Program-made: the position numbers and the translations under genes
DNA from: Microcoleus sp.
Lineage (GTDB): Bacteria; Cyanobacteriota; Cyanobacteriia; Cyanobacteriales; Microcoleaceae
DNA length: 64,000 nucleotides
Reading direction: 5' to 3'
Assembly: GCA_052279835.1 (NCBI GenBank)
Contig: CP181291.1
Span: forward strand, 2,560,001-2,624,000
Notes under the pieces: model-generated
Databases searched by the model: none
What the model saw: only the letters and a program-made list of their open reading frames with translations
Told to the model about the DNA's origin: nothing
Shown here: positions 9,320-21,615 of the stretch, piece after piece
Layout of the letters: each line of letters opens with the position of its first letter
How positions within the stretch are numbered: the first letter of the stretch is position 1

Positions 9320-10543
9320 CTATTTAGCTAAAGACACAGCTTGTGCTACTGCCCGATCCAAAGTGCTCGCTAGTTGGAGCGGCAACTGCCCCAAACGCTT
9401 TTTCACCCCATCTTCATCGATTCCCACCAACAGCAGCACCACCTGAATTTGGCGATTCGCACGGGCTTTTCGTTCCAGATAGCCTACCACTGCGGAGATT
9501 GTCGCCTCGCTGGCTGCGGTACTAGCCAAAATATTCACCAGCACCACCTTCACGCTTTTATCCTGAGAGACTAACTCCAGAGATAACTCCAAGCGATCGC
9601 GCAGGGTCTTTGTTCCATCGTAGCGGTCTAGGGAACCGAGATTCACAAAATTAGCTGGTTTGCCTCCTTCGTGAGTCACCGCATCCAAAGTCGCCATTGT
9701 CAAACCCACCCCGTTGCACAACACCCCAATATTCCCGTCTAGTTCCACCAAGTTCAAAGATTCAGAATTGGAGAATTGGGATTGAGAACTCCCGCCCAAT
9801 TCCAAGGGGGAGTGCAGCAAGTTCGAGTGGGCATTCCGGCGATCGGCCTGACGTCTCTTGTCTCCTGGGAGCTTGCTATCTGCTTTCTTTTCCCCCAGTG
9901 CCACCAAGTCGGGATGGCGTCCCAAGGCATCATTATTGGCACTGACTTTACCGTCTAGAGCCATTACCTCTCCCTTGGGACTGATGCCCAGAGGATTGAT
10001 TTCTACTAAATCTAAATCTTTGGCGACAAACAGCCGATACATTTTTTCGACAATCGTGCTGACTGATTGAATCAGATCTCCCTGCAATCCCATTTTCAGC
10101 ATCAATCGCCTCGCGTAGAAAGGCGAAAATTCTTGGTCTACAACAACTTGCTGCATTTTCTCGATCGACCCTTCCACATCCATACCTCCTTGTTGCGAGC
10201 CCAGAAGTACGGGGCGTCGCGCTACGGGATCTAGCAATACCGCCAAGTACAATTCTTGGTCGGCATTGTACTTTGCCTCTGCTAGCAGGACTTCGGGATA
10301 CTCCGATTCGATCGGCAAATTAAAAATTGTCTGAGCCGCAGCCACCGCATCGATCGTATTTTCCACAAACTTCACCCCACCGGCCTTACCCCGTCCCCCC
10401 GCCCGCACTTGGGACTTGAGTACGACTGGGTAGGGAATCTTCAGCCCTTTGAGGTCTGCCGGATTGTCAATCCGCTGGGAGGGCAGAACCGGAATTGCCA
10501 TCTGACGAAATAAAGCTTTAGCTTGGTACTCTAACAAATCCAT
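9320..10543 (-). CDS. sucC: Succinyl-CoA synthetase beta subunit
   Basis: MDLLEYQAK start, GGRGKAGGV, EINPL and NGVGLTMAT motifs. Confidence 0.92.
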   Translation of the reverse strand: MDLLEYQAKALFRQMAIPVLPSQRIDNPADLKGLKIPYPVVLKSQVRAGGRGKAGGVKFVENTIDAVAAAQTIFNLPIESEYPEVLLAEAKYNADQELYLAVLLDPVARRPVLLGSQQGGMDVEGSIEKMQQVVVDQEFSPFYARRLMLKMGLQGDLIQSVSTIVEKMYRLFVAKDLDLVEINPLGISPKGEVMALDGKVSANNDALGRHPDLVALGEKKADSKLPGDKRRQADRRNAHSNLLHSPLELGGSSQSQFSNSESLNLVELDGNIGVLCNGVGLTMATLDAVTHEGGKPANFVNLGSLDRYDGTKTLRDRLELSLELVSQDKSVKVVLVNILASTAASEATISAVVGYLERKARANRQIQVVLLLVGIDEDGVKKRLGQLPLQLASTLDRAVAQAVSLAK

Positions 10544-10844
10544 TATCAATAACTGGTGACTCGTAGTTGGCAACAAGCAATTGGTAATTTGCAATCTATC
10601 AATTAATCATAATTAATAGATAGTAATTGGTGTTTTGTCAAGTTAAAATTTAAAAATCTTGGCGATATTTATAATTTACGACTTTTGTATTACCGATTAC
10701 TTATTTGCTCTTACCCATCGCCTCTTGTGTATTTTTTTGATAAAAGACATTTTGTTTTAAAATTCTACCATCATTACTTATTAGTTAGTAGAATTCTAAT
10801 TCTTGATATTTTCCTTAATCCTGGCAAGTTCGGATATTCTTTTG

Positions 10845-12362
10845 CTAATTTAACTTGATGCCAGCAGTGCCTTGATGAACTGTTTTCACCCATTTTAACT
10901 GTTTAGGACGCACGGAAATCCTAGCTGTCACAGCACCTACCAGCAGCCAGTGAAGCATATATACAGTAGACAACAGGGTTTGCATCAAGGTGGCAAAAAC
11001 TCTTTTGAGGTCAAATTTGGTCTCTTGGCGAGTGCGACGCAAACCGACAAACATTCCCACCAGAGACAGGGTAATAGTCATGAAAGTTAGGGGACTGGCG
11101 ATCGGCATTCGGCGCAGTACGATCGACATCAAAAAGTCGGGCAGAGCTACTGTGGGCAACAAATACTGAGATACCCAAAATCCAAATAAATCCCAAGTTT
11201 TTCCCGTTCCCATGCGGTTACGAACAATGAGCTGCCAGTAGTCAAGATAGCGCTGATAGCCACCTTCTGCCCAGCGATTGCGCTGATGCCAAAGAGCCTG
11301 GGCGTTGGTGACTCCTTCTTCAGATACGGGGGGAACAGCCAAAAATTCAATATCCCACCGCTCTAAGTGCAGCCTGATTGTTAAATCCAAATCGTCGGTA
11401 ATCGTCTCCTCGTTCCAACCTCCGCAGCTTTCCAAGGCTGTGCGGCGCATAAATTGACCGTTACCGCGCAATTCTCCAATACCACCGATCGCAATCCGCT
11501 GTTGTTGGAAAAAACTGTCTAGCGCCATTTCTGCTTCTTGGCTGCGAGTCCAAAAATTTAGGGGAGCATTGGCGATCGATTTTCTGACTTGCACAGCTCC
11601 AACTTGGGCTCGATCGAACACCGGCAGTACCAAGCGCAGCAAGTCTGGTGTCACCGTCGCGTCCGCATCAAATACCCCCACAAATTCGCCACGAGTCAGG
11701 GGTAAAACTTGATTGAGGGCTCCTGATTTGCCACCACTGGCATTGGGTCCTCTCCTCCATACTTTAAGTTGCGGGTACTGTTTGGTTAGCTGTTCCAATA
11801 CCATAGGCGTACTGTCTGTGCTATTATCGTCGATCGCCCAAAGTTCATAGCGGTCGATCGGGTAATCCAAATTGCCAATCGACTGTACCAGTCTGGCAAT
11901 TACAGCTTCCTCATTTTTCGCCGCCACCAGCAACGACACGTAGGGCCAATCCTCTTGATTGGATTCTGAAAGAGGCGGCATTGTCGGCTTGGGTGAAGCA
12001 AACAAAAATCGAAATGCTTGCATCCACAGCAGTCCCGTCAATCCCCAGACTACCCAAGCACCCCAAGAAACCAAGTGCAAAGTAATCGTTCCGCCCCAAA
12101 TCACCGTCAGGACTATAGCAGCTTTCCTCCGGCGTCCCTGGTATAATTTTTGAGGAAAAGAGGGAGAATTAGGCAACTTAAGCGCTACCGTTGGATCTGT
12201 GGAAACCACGTCAAACTTCCTTTCACCACCGGAGGCTGTAGCAAATATCGTGCCAACCTTCGGGTTTGAGGTCAAACTCTCGTGTTCTTCAGGAGCTAAA
12301 TCAGGGATATCCAAGTTAAGCTCGCTGCGAACATCGTTTTCTTGCCAAGAACTCTCCTGCAT
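10845..12362 (-). CDS. mgdA: GT2 glycosyltransferase, monoglucosyldiacylglycerol synthase
   Basis: GRRRKAAIVL..TLHLVSWG, AAKNEE, DADA, TDDLD and QRNRW motifs. Confidence 0.8.
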   Translation of the reverse strand: MQESSWQENDVRSELNLDIPDLAPEEHESLTSNPKVGTIFATASGGERKFDVVSTDPTVALKLPNSPSFPQKLYQGRRRKAAIVLTVIWGGTITLHLVSWGAWVVWGLTGLLWMQAFRFLFASPKPTMPPLSESNQEDWPYVSLLVAAKNEEAVIARLVQSIGNLDYPIDRYELWAIDDNSTDSTPMVLEQLTKQYPQLKVWRRGPNASGGKSGALNQVLPLTRGEFVGVFDADATVTPDLLRLVLPVFDRAQVGAVQVRKSIANAPLNFWTRSQEAEMALDSFFQQQRIAIGGIGELRGNGQFMRRTALESCGGWNEETITDDLDLTIRLHLERWDIEFLAVPPVSEEGVTNAQALWHQRNRWAEGGYQRYLDYWQLIVRNRMGTGKTWDLFGFWVSQYLLPTVALPDFLMSIVLRRMPIASPLTFMTITLSLVGMFVGLRRTRQETKFDLKRVFATLMQTLLSTVYMLHWLLVGAVTARISVRPKQLKWVKTVHQGTAGIKLN

Positions 12363-12579
12363 AGGTTACTTGATTCAATCACCAATAGTTTTGGATTTAA
12401 TAGACTTCTCCCAAAAAGCCTGTCAAGGACTGGCAGGATGCCTACCCCACAGGAATTATGAGAGATGCCTAGTAGAGATAAGTATCTACTCTATCAGTTT
12501 CTGGGATTTTGTCGAAAGCTGACGGAGAGAGCAACTCAGCCCCACTCTGCTGACACTGATGCTCTACCAATTTTTTTTC

Positions 12580-12660
12580 TAAGTAAATCCACCTAATTAA
12601 ACCTCAGATACGGATGGCTAAAAAGCTTGCTGAATGAGCATTTTTCCTTTTTCCTTCTGC
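12580..12660 (-). repeat. MITE-like dispersed repeat, degenerate inverted copy
   Basis: taagtaaatccacctaattaa..gatacggatggctaaaaagcttgct matches the reverse complement of 2120-2174. Confidence 0.6.
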
Positions 12661-12691
12661 CTTGGACCCATCGATATTCTACTTAACAAAT

Positions 12692-13066
12692 ATGTCTATT
12701 CCTCAACTCAAGCCCGCTGATGAAAAAGAATCAAAAGTCTATGCACCTTTTTTTCCAGAGCAGAGGCGCAAGTCTTTACCCTACGCTATAGCTCTCTACA
12801 AGCTCAAAACCTTGGAAGGTGCCAGAAAAATTGAAGGTGGCGAGGAGATTCCGTTTGTAGCTAGTTGGAATATTTCATCACTGCCGATCGATTTAACCCG
12901 CTGTCGAGTGTTGTTTGACGGCAATGCTGAACTCAGCTACGAAGTAACGATGCAAAGCTCGGATTTTGTGAATTGCTTGATTGAGGTATTGATGATTTTT
13001 CAGCGCACTCGCACCGTCGATTTTTCTAAAGTCTTTTACCGCAAGCTAATGCGCATGGATGAGTGA
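12692..13066 (+). CDS. ebsA: Type IV pilus/secretion-associated protein EbsA
   Basis: GARKIEGGEEIPFVASW, DLTRCRVLFDGNAELSYEV and FYRKL motifs; ATG at 12692. Confidence 0.8.
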   Translation: MSIPQLKPADEKESKVYAPFFPEQRRKSLPYAIALYKLKTLEGARKIEGGEEIPFVASWNISSLPIDLTRCRVLFDGNAELSYEVTMQSSDFVNCLIEVLMIFQRTRTVDFSKVFYRKLMRMDE

Positions 13067-13074
13067 TACAGCAG

Positions 13075-13103
13075 TAGGGACTAAGACAAAGCCTTAGTCC
13101 CTA
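13075..13103. terminator. Hairpin after ebsA
   Basis: TAGGGACTAAG-acaaagc-CTTAGTCCCTA. Confidence 0.6.
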
Positions 13104-13638
13104 ACTGTATTTATTTTGGAACAGCGCTACACTCTATTTCTGACATGGGTCTGCCCCCGCTCGGCAATAGACATTTCCCCCACTACATCTCAACTTCGCT
13201 CCTAAGTATTAATTTTTGTAAAATCCCTCAGTGATATTACTGATGTAGTTTAGGATGAGAACTTAACTAATATTAGTTAATTTCTCAGACAACCCATAGA
13301 ATCATCAAATCTTTTTTCAGCAAGTAATTTTCAATAATATTCAGCTTGAAGGGATTTAAGATAAGTCCTGATTTTTGATTTTGGGCACTCTGAGACGCTT
13401 GAACGACCGCCATTGTGACGGTCTAATTCTCATGGTCAAAGTTGGGAGGGAAATGGCTCGAAGCCAAATTAAACGATCCTAATTCCTGATACCCACTATT
13501 CTCTAGCCACCCCTTAAGCAGCACAACGCCACACATCAGTTATTCTCATTACTCCTAAAATTAGTGAGCCAACAGGATAACTGGGAGCAAACGACAAATG
13601 CAGATTAAAACCCACAAATATTTGCAAAGAGGTAGATT

Positions 13639-16600
13639 ATGACTCTGATAACTAAAAATCTCAACCCTCCTGCTTTGACTGCCCAGCAACTTGCCGAATT
13701 TATCGTGGGAGATACAGGCACTGTCGTTCCTGGCAGTGCGAAATTTACGGGTGACAATCGGGCGGCTGGCACTTTCGGCGGTGGAATATCAGAAGGGATA
13801 AATGTCGAAGCAGGAGTGATTTTCAGCACAGGAGAGATCGCGAATGCTAATGGCCCTAATAATTCAGACAGCAAGAGTTCCAGCTTAGCGAGTGCTGGCG
13901 ATCCAGTGACTCTCGACCCCCTTGTTGCTCCTGACACGACAAAAAATGCTGCTGTTTTGGAGTTTGAATTCATAGCAAAGCAAAGTCAGTTTAGCTTGGA
14001 ATACGTGTTTGCTTCTGAAGAATACAATGAGTATGTCGGGAAGTTCAACGATGTCTTTGCCTTTGTCCTGAATGGGGTCAACATTCCATTGATTCCTGGG
14101 ACGACCCAACCAGTTTCCATCAACACTATTAATAACACCAAAAATTCAGCATTTTACATAGACAACGACCCCACTATCTATGGTTTGGGCAAAACTCCTT
14201 ATAACACGCAGTTTGACGGTTTTACCAAGTTGTTAACCGCTCAAGGAACGGTGATACCGAATATCACTAATAAACTGAAGATTGCGATCGCCGACACTCG
14301 CGATGATGCCTTGGACTCGGCAATTTTTTTGAACGTTCCGCCCAGCTTCAATTTCTCCCAACCCACCTATCAAGTCAAGGAAGATGGGAAAGTAATCGGG
14401 GCAGCAGTTACCATCAACCGCACAGGCATTACTAACGGCACTTCCAAGATCGACGTAAAATTAAGTAACGGCAGCGCCACAGGCGGGGCTACCTTGGGAT
14501 TAGGGGTAGATTTTGTGTTCACCACCCAAACCGTCAACTTTGCCCCCAATCAAACCAGTGCCGAAATTATCGTTCCCATCAACGATGACAGCTTAGTTGA
14601 ACCGACAGAAAATCTCACCCTGACCTTAACAAATCCCGCCAATGCCAGGATCGGCATCACCCAGAATACTGCCACCTTAAATATTACCGACAACGACACC
14701 ACAGGGATTACCATTACCTCAAGCGGTGGCAACACGGCTGTGACAGAAAGCGGCACCACAGACACCTACACAGCGGTACTCAACAGCCAGCCGGCTAGCT
14801 TAGTCATTCTTACTGTTAAACCCGACAAGCAGACAGACTTGGGGACTGGTGGGGGAAACCCGATCGCCCTCAACTTCAGCCCCGCTAACTGGAATGTCCC
14901 GCAAACCGTCACTGTCAAGGCAGTGGACGATGATATCACTGAAGCTAGTCCCCACACCAGCACGATTCTCCACACAGCCAGCAGTGCCGATCCCAACTAC
15001 GACGGCAGCACCCCACCCATCAGAATAGACGGTACTGCTATTGCTACCCTCACAGCTAACATCACAGACAACGACACTGCTGGCGTAAAAATTACCGAAA
15101 CTGGTGGCACAACCAAACTCGGCGAAGGCGGGGCTAGCGATAACTATACGGCGGTGTTAACCAGCCAGCCAACGGCGGATGTTACCGTCACCGCCTCCCC
15201 AGACAGCCAAAGCGATGTAGGGGCAGGAGGCGGAAACCCGATCGCCCTGAAATTTACTCCCGACAACTGGAACGTGCCTCAAATCGTCACTGTGCAAGCC
15301 GTGGACGATACTGTGGCTCAAGGCGCGCACACCAGTACGATCGCCCACAAAGTCACCAGTACAGACGCGAAATACAACCTGATTGCTACGGCCTCGGTGA
15401 TTGCCCAAATTACCGACAACGATACCGCCGGAGTCACAATTACTCCTCAAAACACCAATGCTACCGAAGGCGGGGCCACAGGCAGTTACAAGGTAGCGCT
15501 GACTAGCAAACCGACTGCGCCAGTTAAGGTCAACTTCAATACGGGCTTTCAAATCGATTCGATTTCCACATTTACCTTCACCTCAGACAACTGGAATCTA
15601 CCCCAGACAGTCACAGTGAAAGCTACCGACGACAGTTTAGTCGAAGGAACTCACAGCGCTAGCATCAGTCACAGCATTGACCCTAGCAGTGCTGCGGAAT
15701 ACAAGTCTGTGGCGATCGCGCCGGTTACAGTTTTGATCGTGGACAACGACACACCTACTGCTGCTGGAGTAAAAATCTCTCCTACAAGCACCACAGTGGC
15801 AGAAGGCGGTGTCAATGGCAGTTATACTGCGGTATTGACTTCCCAGCCCAAAAATGACGTTAAAGTTAGCTTCGCGACAGACAGTGAAATAGAAGCGATC
15901 GCACCCTTCACCTTCACTAGCGCTAACTGGAACCTGCCTCAAACTGCCACTGTGAAAGCTGTGGACGACTCGGCTGTGGAAGGAACGCAGCTTAGCACCA
16001 TCACTGCCAGCGCTAGCAGTACAGATCTGGCTTACAACAAGATCGGCATTCCCAAAGTAGATGTATTGGTCATCGACAACGACTCCCCCGGCATCGCCGT
16101 CACTCCTAACAGCACCAATGCAGCAGAAGGCGGTGCAACGGGCAGTTACAGCATTGTCCTCACCAAGGCGCCGACGGCTAATGTCACCGTCAATTTTGCC
16201 ACCGGCAGTCAAATAGATGCGATTGCCGCCATCACTTTCACTCCGGTTAACTGGAATGTGCCGCAAACTGTCACCGTGACAGCTACCGATGACACTGTTA
16301 TCGAAGGAGTTCACAGCGCCACAATCAGCCACAGCGTCGCCATAGGCAGTGCTGCCGAATACTTGCCAGTGGCGATCGCCCCCGTTAGCGTCAGCATCAC
16401 CGACAACGACACAGCTACTACTCCTGCTGGCGTCACTGTTACTCAAACAGGCGGCAGCACCATTGTTGCCGAAGGTGGTGCAACCGACACCTATCAAGTA
16501 GCGCTCAACAGCCAGCCCAAAAATGACGTTAAAGTTAACTTCGCCACAGACAGTCAAATAGAAGCGATCGCCTCCTTCACCTTCACTTCGGCTAACTGGA

Positions 16601-18517
16601 ACCTGCCTCAAACCGCCACAGTCAAAGCAGTGGACGACTCGGCTGTCGAAGGAACGCACCTGAGCACAATTATTTCCAGCGCTAGCAGTACAGATCTGGC
16701 TTACAACAAGATCGACATTTCCAAAGTCGATGTTTTGATTATCGATAACGACTCCCCCGGCATTGCCGTCACTCCCACCAGTACCAATGCCGCAGAAGGC
16801 GGTGCAACGGGCAGTTACAGCGTGATTCTCACCAAGGCGCCGACGGCTAATGTCACCGTCAACTTCGCCGCGGGCACTCAAATAGATGCGATCGCGCCTC
16901 TGGTTTTCACTCCGGCTAACTGGAATACAGCCCAAACTGTCACCGTCAAAGCTACCGACGACACCATCGTAGAAGGAACCCACACCGGGTTGATTTTTTC
17001 CAGCGTCGCCCCCGACAGCGCTGCTGAATACTTGCCAGTGGCGATCGCGCCCGTTAGCGTCACCATCGCCCACAATTATCGTGCCGCCGACACCGACACC
17101 AGTCATCAATTTTTCGCCCACAATTATCGTGCCGCCGACACCGACACCAGTCATCAATTTTTCGCCCACAATTATCGTGCCGCCGACACCGACACCAGCC
17201 ATCAACTTTTCGCCCACAATTATCGTGCCACCGACGCCGACACCCCCACCAACTCCTGCGCCGACGCCGACACCCCCACCAACTCCTGCGCCGACACCGA
17301 CTCCCCCACCAACTCCTGCCATAACTCCAATCTCGGAAACAACTCCGACCCTAACCCCGCAGCCAACCGAAGATCCCGATTGCATTTGCACGCAAATTAC
17401 CTTACCCGATATCAATCCTCTTGAGGGTTTCAATCCTGTTGACAACAACCTGGTTGGTGGAGATACAAGTGAGACGGTTACTGGCGGCAGTGGCGGTGAC
17501 GGTATCAACGGTTTGCCTGGAGACGATGTTCTTGTGGGTTTGGCTGGGAACGACAACCTCTTTGGCGGATTGATCAGCAACATTCCTGTTGGGCCTTCCG
17601 TTGATCGCGACTTGCTAGAAGGCGGGCCCGGTGACGACTACCTCAACGGTCAAGCAGGCTACGACACCCTTTTCGGCGGTGATGGCAACGACGCTGGTTT
17701 TGGTGGCAAAGATAACGACGCGATCTGGGGCGGACTCGGTGCTGACACCCTTGGGGGCGAGGATGGAAACGATACTGTTTACGGTGGCACGAACAGCCAA
17801 TCTGACCGCGATCTCGCCGGAAACGACTTGTTATTCGGTGGCACAGGAAATGACTTACTCTACGGTCAAGATGCCTCTGATAGTCTTTCTGGCGGTGAGG
17901 GAAACGATACTGCCCGTGCTGGCAAAGGGAACGATGTAATTTTAGGCGATGGTGGCAATGACTCGCTGTTGGGCGACCAAGGCAATGACTCTATCTGCGG
18001 TGGCGAGGGTGATGACACGGTGTATGGCGATATCGGCAGCCCCCTCCCTGTCGGGGTTGTTGGCAGTCAAGACCAAGTGTGTGGCGGGGAAGGCAATGAC
18101 CTGCTGTTCGGCAATGAAGGCAGCGATACTATCAACGGCGATGCTGGCAACGATACGATTTTGGGCGGCAAAGACAGTGACAGCTTGGTGGGCGGTGCTG
18201 GCAACGACGTGTTGATTGGCGATGAGGGCAGTGATACTTTGCTCGGTGGCAGCGGGCGCGATTTATTTTTCTTGACATCTGCCCAAGGATATGATCTCAT
18301 CGCCGACTTCAGGAAAGGGGAAGATTTGCTGAGTTTAGCCGGCGGTTTGACTTTCGCTCAACTAAGCATTAGCCAAAGTACAGACGGGCAAGATGCCAGT
18401 CCCACTACATTAATCAGAATTGCCAACTCAGGGGAACTCTTAGCCGTTTTGAATCGGGTGCCAGCAAGTGCGATCGCGCCATCGGATTTCGTTCAAATTT
18501 TGCAACTCGGTAGCTGA
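13639..18517 (+). pseudogene. Large surface/adhesin protein (choice-of-anchor-L-like domain, Calx-beta, beta-sandwich repeats, Pro/Thr linker, RTX repeats), frameshifted near 17070
   Basis: ORF 13639-17424 has YVFASEEYNEYVG..NDVF and repeated FTPxNWNxPQTVTV; the PT linker and GGxGxD repeats continue in another frame (17081-18517). Confidence 0.8.
17066..17320 (+). repeat. 48-bp (FSPTIIVPPTPTPVIN) and 30-bp (PTPTPPPTPA) tandem repeats encoding the linker
   Basis: Seen directly. Confidence 0.9.
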
Positions 18518-19021
18518 GAGGACAACGCCTACGCCGCTGGCGATCGAAACTCAATGTACACCCCTGGAACTTCGATCGGGCAGGAGCATCGGAATCAGCC
18601 TTTTGGCGATCGAAATGCCAGCCCACTGCACCAGACAATTGATGTGTTGAGGCAATATCTACCAGCCCCCTCCTAAACAGTTTATTGCTGGCAGCACAAA
18701 ATATCAGTTTGAACGATCGCGCTCCCACTAACAATTAATCACTAATAATACATATCGGTTTAAAATTATAAATCGAGTATGATAATATTGCAAAATTGAG
18801 TCGCAGTGCCGAAATACTGTTGAAAAAACAAAATTTATTGAAATATAACGGTTCTCAAAGGAGTGAAGTTCAAAATAGATAGGTTGGATTGAGGTTCCCG
18901 TTACCCAATTCTTCATTTAAAATAAGGTGTTGGGTTTGGCGATCGCAAGAGTCTAACCTAATTCATCTATTTGAGAAACGCTATAGACAGGTGCAAATTG
19001 AGGAGTAAAGGCTTACCGAAA

Positions 19022-20086
19022 TTGACTAAATATTTACTGATAGGTTCCACTAAAGCTTACAGTGGCAAGTCCGCTATCGCCCTGGGCATAGCACTCGGAC
19101 TCCGCGAACAAGGATTCACCGTCGCCTACGGCAAACCCCTGGGAACTTCTTTTAACTCTGATGTACCTGGTGCCGAAGAGGAAGACGTGCGCTTCGCAAT
19201 CGAGACCCTGAAGCTCAAAGATACCCAAATGCCATCTACTCTGCTTGCTTTGGACGAAGAGACTGTTCACAAGCGACTACTAGGAGAAGATCGGACTGAT
19301 TACCGCCAGTCTCTAGCACAATATGTCCAATGCCAAAGTACAGATGTAGTGCTGCTAGAAGGTCCTGCTAATTTGGAGGAAGGCACTCTGTTTGACTTGT
19401 CTTTGCCTCAAGTAGCCGAGGCCGTTGATGCCTCTGTGCTGCTGGTGACACGCCCGATCGATCTGTTTGTAGACGATTTGCTTTCAGCTAAGCAACGTTT
19501 AGGTTCCCGTTTGCTAGGTGTCGTCCTCAACGACGTTCCGTCCGACAAACTCGAATCCATCGCCGCCACTGTGCGACCTTTTCTGGAAGCAAAAGGAATT
19601 CCTGTGTTGGGAATGCTACCCAGAAGCGCTTTGCTACGCAGTGTCAGCGTCAAAGAACTGGTTCACCAATTGAAAGCTGAGGTACTGTGTCGCCCAGACC
19701 GTTTGGATTTGATGGTCGAAACCTTGACAATTGGTGCAATGAATGTTAGTTCCGCTCTCAAGTATTTCCGCAAAGCCAGAAATATGGCAGTGGTGACAGG
19801 GGGCGATCGCACCGACATCCAGTTAGCCGCTCTGGAAAGCTCTACTCAGTGCTTAATTCTGACAGGACACTTGCCTCCTTCTCCCCTAGTCATCGGCAGA
19901 GCAGAAGAAATGGAAATTCCAGTGTTGTCTGTGGATTTAGATACCTTAACCACCGTGGAAATTATCGACAGCACCTTTGGCAACGTTCGCCTGCACGAGA
20001 CCATTAAAGTGGAATGCGTTACTCAACTAATGGCAGAGCATTTTGACATTAAGGCAGTGATGGCTTCCCTAGCCCTAGGTGATTAA
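19022..20086 (+). CDS. Phosphotransacetylase N-terminal (AAA_26/DRTGG) family protein
   Basis: YSGKS P-loop, VTGGDRTDIQLAAL motif; start uncertain. Confidence 0.85.
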   Translation: MTKYLLIGSTKAYSGKSAIALGIALGLREQGFTVAYGKPLGTSFNSDVPGAEEEDVRFAIETLKLKDTQMPSTLLALDEETVHKRLLGEDRTDYRQSLAQYVQCQSTDVVLLEGPANLEEGTLFDLSLPQVAEAVDASVLLVTRPIDLFVDDLLSAKQRLGSRLLGVVLNDVPSDKLESIAATVRPFLEAKGIPVLGMLPRSALLRSVSVKELVHQLKAEVLCRPDRLDLMVETLTIGAMNVSSALKYFRKARNMAVVTGGDRTDIQLAALESSTQCLILTGHLPPSPLVIGRAEEMEIPVLSVDLDTLTTVEIIDSTFGNVRLHETIKVECVTQLMAEHFDIKAVMASLALGD

Positions 20087-20428
20087 ATTCCTATCTAAGG
20101 AAAAAATAAGTAGCCAGAAGGAAAAAGGAAGAATCAAAAATTGAGACTTCCTACTTCTGCTTATGATAGGTAAAATTCAGCCTTCTGCCGGCCGATACCA
20201 AAATTCTGGACTCAAGAAGTTTTTAATCGCCCAAACCATTGATTTTATGGCATTTGCCTTCTTCCTTTTGGCTTTTTGCTGGTTCCGGGTGGTATATTTG
20301 TGATGAGAGGATATATTCCTCTTCCAGTGCGATCGGGTAAATCTGTAATTCTTAACTTCTTTTTGGCTGCAATAGCTATTCCGTCTGCTAGAATCCACAA
20401 CGTAGTTTTATTTAATTTAATAAATTCT

Positions 20429-20932
20429 TTGAGTCAATCAATTGAGCTACCCAGAGTTGATGATTTTTTACAAGAACTTGCGGCAATCCAGCAAACAAGC
20501 TCCAAGCGGCTTGCTCTTTTGGGTTCTCGCCATGTTCCCATTACCCACCAGCAGCTAATTGAGATGCTGAGCTACGCCTTAGTTTTGTCTGGTAATCAGC
20601 TCATAACTTCTGGCGCTACAGGTACCAATTCAGCCGCGATTCGGGGGGCGATGCGAGCAGATCCCAATCTGCTGACCGTGATTTTGCCACAAAGCATGAG
20701 CCGCCAGCCACGAGAGTCTCGCGAGCAGCTAGAACAAGTGATACATTTGGTAGAAAATCCCAAAAATGACAGTTTGTCTCTCCCAGAAGCAAGCGCCCTG
20801 TGCAATCAGGAGATTATTTCTCGGTGTCAGCAACTGCTCTGTTTTGCTTTTCACGAAAGTCACACTTTGCTGAAAACTTGTCAGGATGCAGAGGAACAGC
20901 GCAAGGTCGTTACTCTATTCTATTTTGATTGA
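20429..20932 (+). CDS. DprA/Smf-like SLOG-fold protein
   Basis: ALLGSRH and TSGATGTNSAAIRGA motifs; TTG start inferred. Confidence 0.75.
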   Translation: MSQSIELPRVDDFLQELAAIQQTSSKRLALLGSRHVPITHQQLIEMLSYALVLSGNQLITSGATGTNSAAIRGAMRADPNLLTVILPQSMSRQPRESREQLEQVIHLVENPKNDSLSLPEASALCNQEIISRCQQLLCFAFHESHTLLKTCQDAEEQRKVVTLFYFD

Positions 20933-20947
20933 AATGCGAGGCGGATA

Positions 20948-21364
20948 ATGCTATTGGGATTACCTGTTTCGGTTATTCTGCTTGATTGTATTGTTGCTGC
21001 GGCCGCCCTGGTGTACGCCCCGTTTTTGGTGGTTGCCTACGCCCGCTTGCAGTTAGGCTACGATCAAGCAGCGCCCCGCGCTATGTTTGAGAAATTACCT
21101 GCTTACGCTCAACGGGCTACTTGGGCTCACCAAAATTCCTTTGAGACGTTTATGCTGTTTTCAGCGGCAGCTTTGATGGCTTTTGTGACGGGGGTAGATT
21201 CGGAGGTGGCTGGTTGGGCTGCGATCGCTTTTACGATCGCCCGGTTGTTGTTTTCCGTTTTCTATATCCTGAATGTACCACTGGGGCGATCGCTCATGTT
21301 TGCCATTAGTTCTTCTTGCACTGTCACTCTATTTTATTTCAGTTTGATGGCTGTTAATAACTAA
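20948..21364 (+). CDS. MAPEG family membrane protein
   Basis: RATWAHQNSFE motif, hydrophobic helices. Confidence 0.88.
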   Translation: MLLGLPVSVILLDCIVAAAALVYAPFLVVAYARLQLGYDQAAPRAMFEKLPAYAQRATWAHQNSFETFMLFSAAALMAFVTGVDSEVAGWAAIAFTIARLLFSVFYILNVPLGRSLMFAISSSCTVTLFYFSLMAVNN

Positions 21365-21607
21365 TTGTTATTGGTGATTGGTTATTGGTTATTGGTTGTT
21401 GGTGATTGGTGATTGGTTGTTGGTTGTTGGTTATTGGTTATTGGTTATTTGTATTAATTCCAATCGCCAATCTCCCAACTTCCTCCCCCCCTGGGGGGGT
21501 AAGCCAATTCCCCATTCCCAATCCCCAATCCCCAATTCCCCATTCCCAATCCCCAATTCCCAATCCCCAATTCCCAATTCCCAATTCCCAATTCCCAATC
21601 CCCAATT
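21365..21607. repeat. STRR heptamer tracts (TTATTGG/TGATTGG, then TTCCCAA/TCCCCAA)
   Basis: Seen directly. Confidence 0.9.
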
Positions 21608-21615
21608 ATCATTTT

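Noticed and set aside
15637..17583. 648-aa minus-strand ORF, and similar antisense ORFs in 31000-36100
   Set aside because: Antisense shadows of repetitive adhesin/RTX genes
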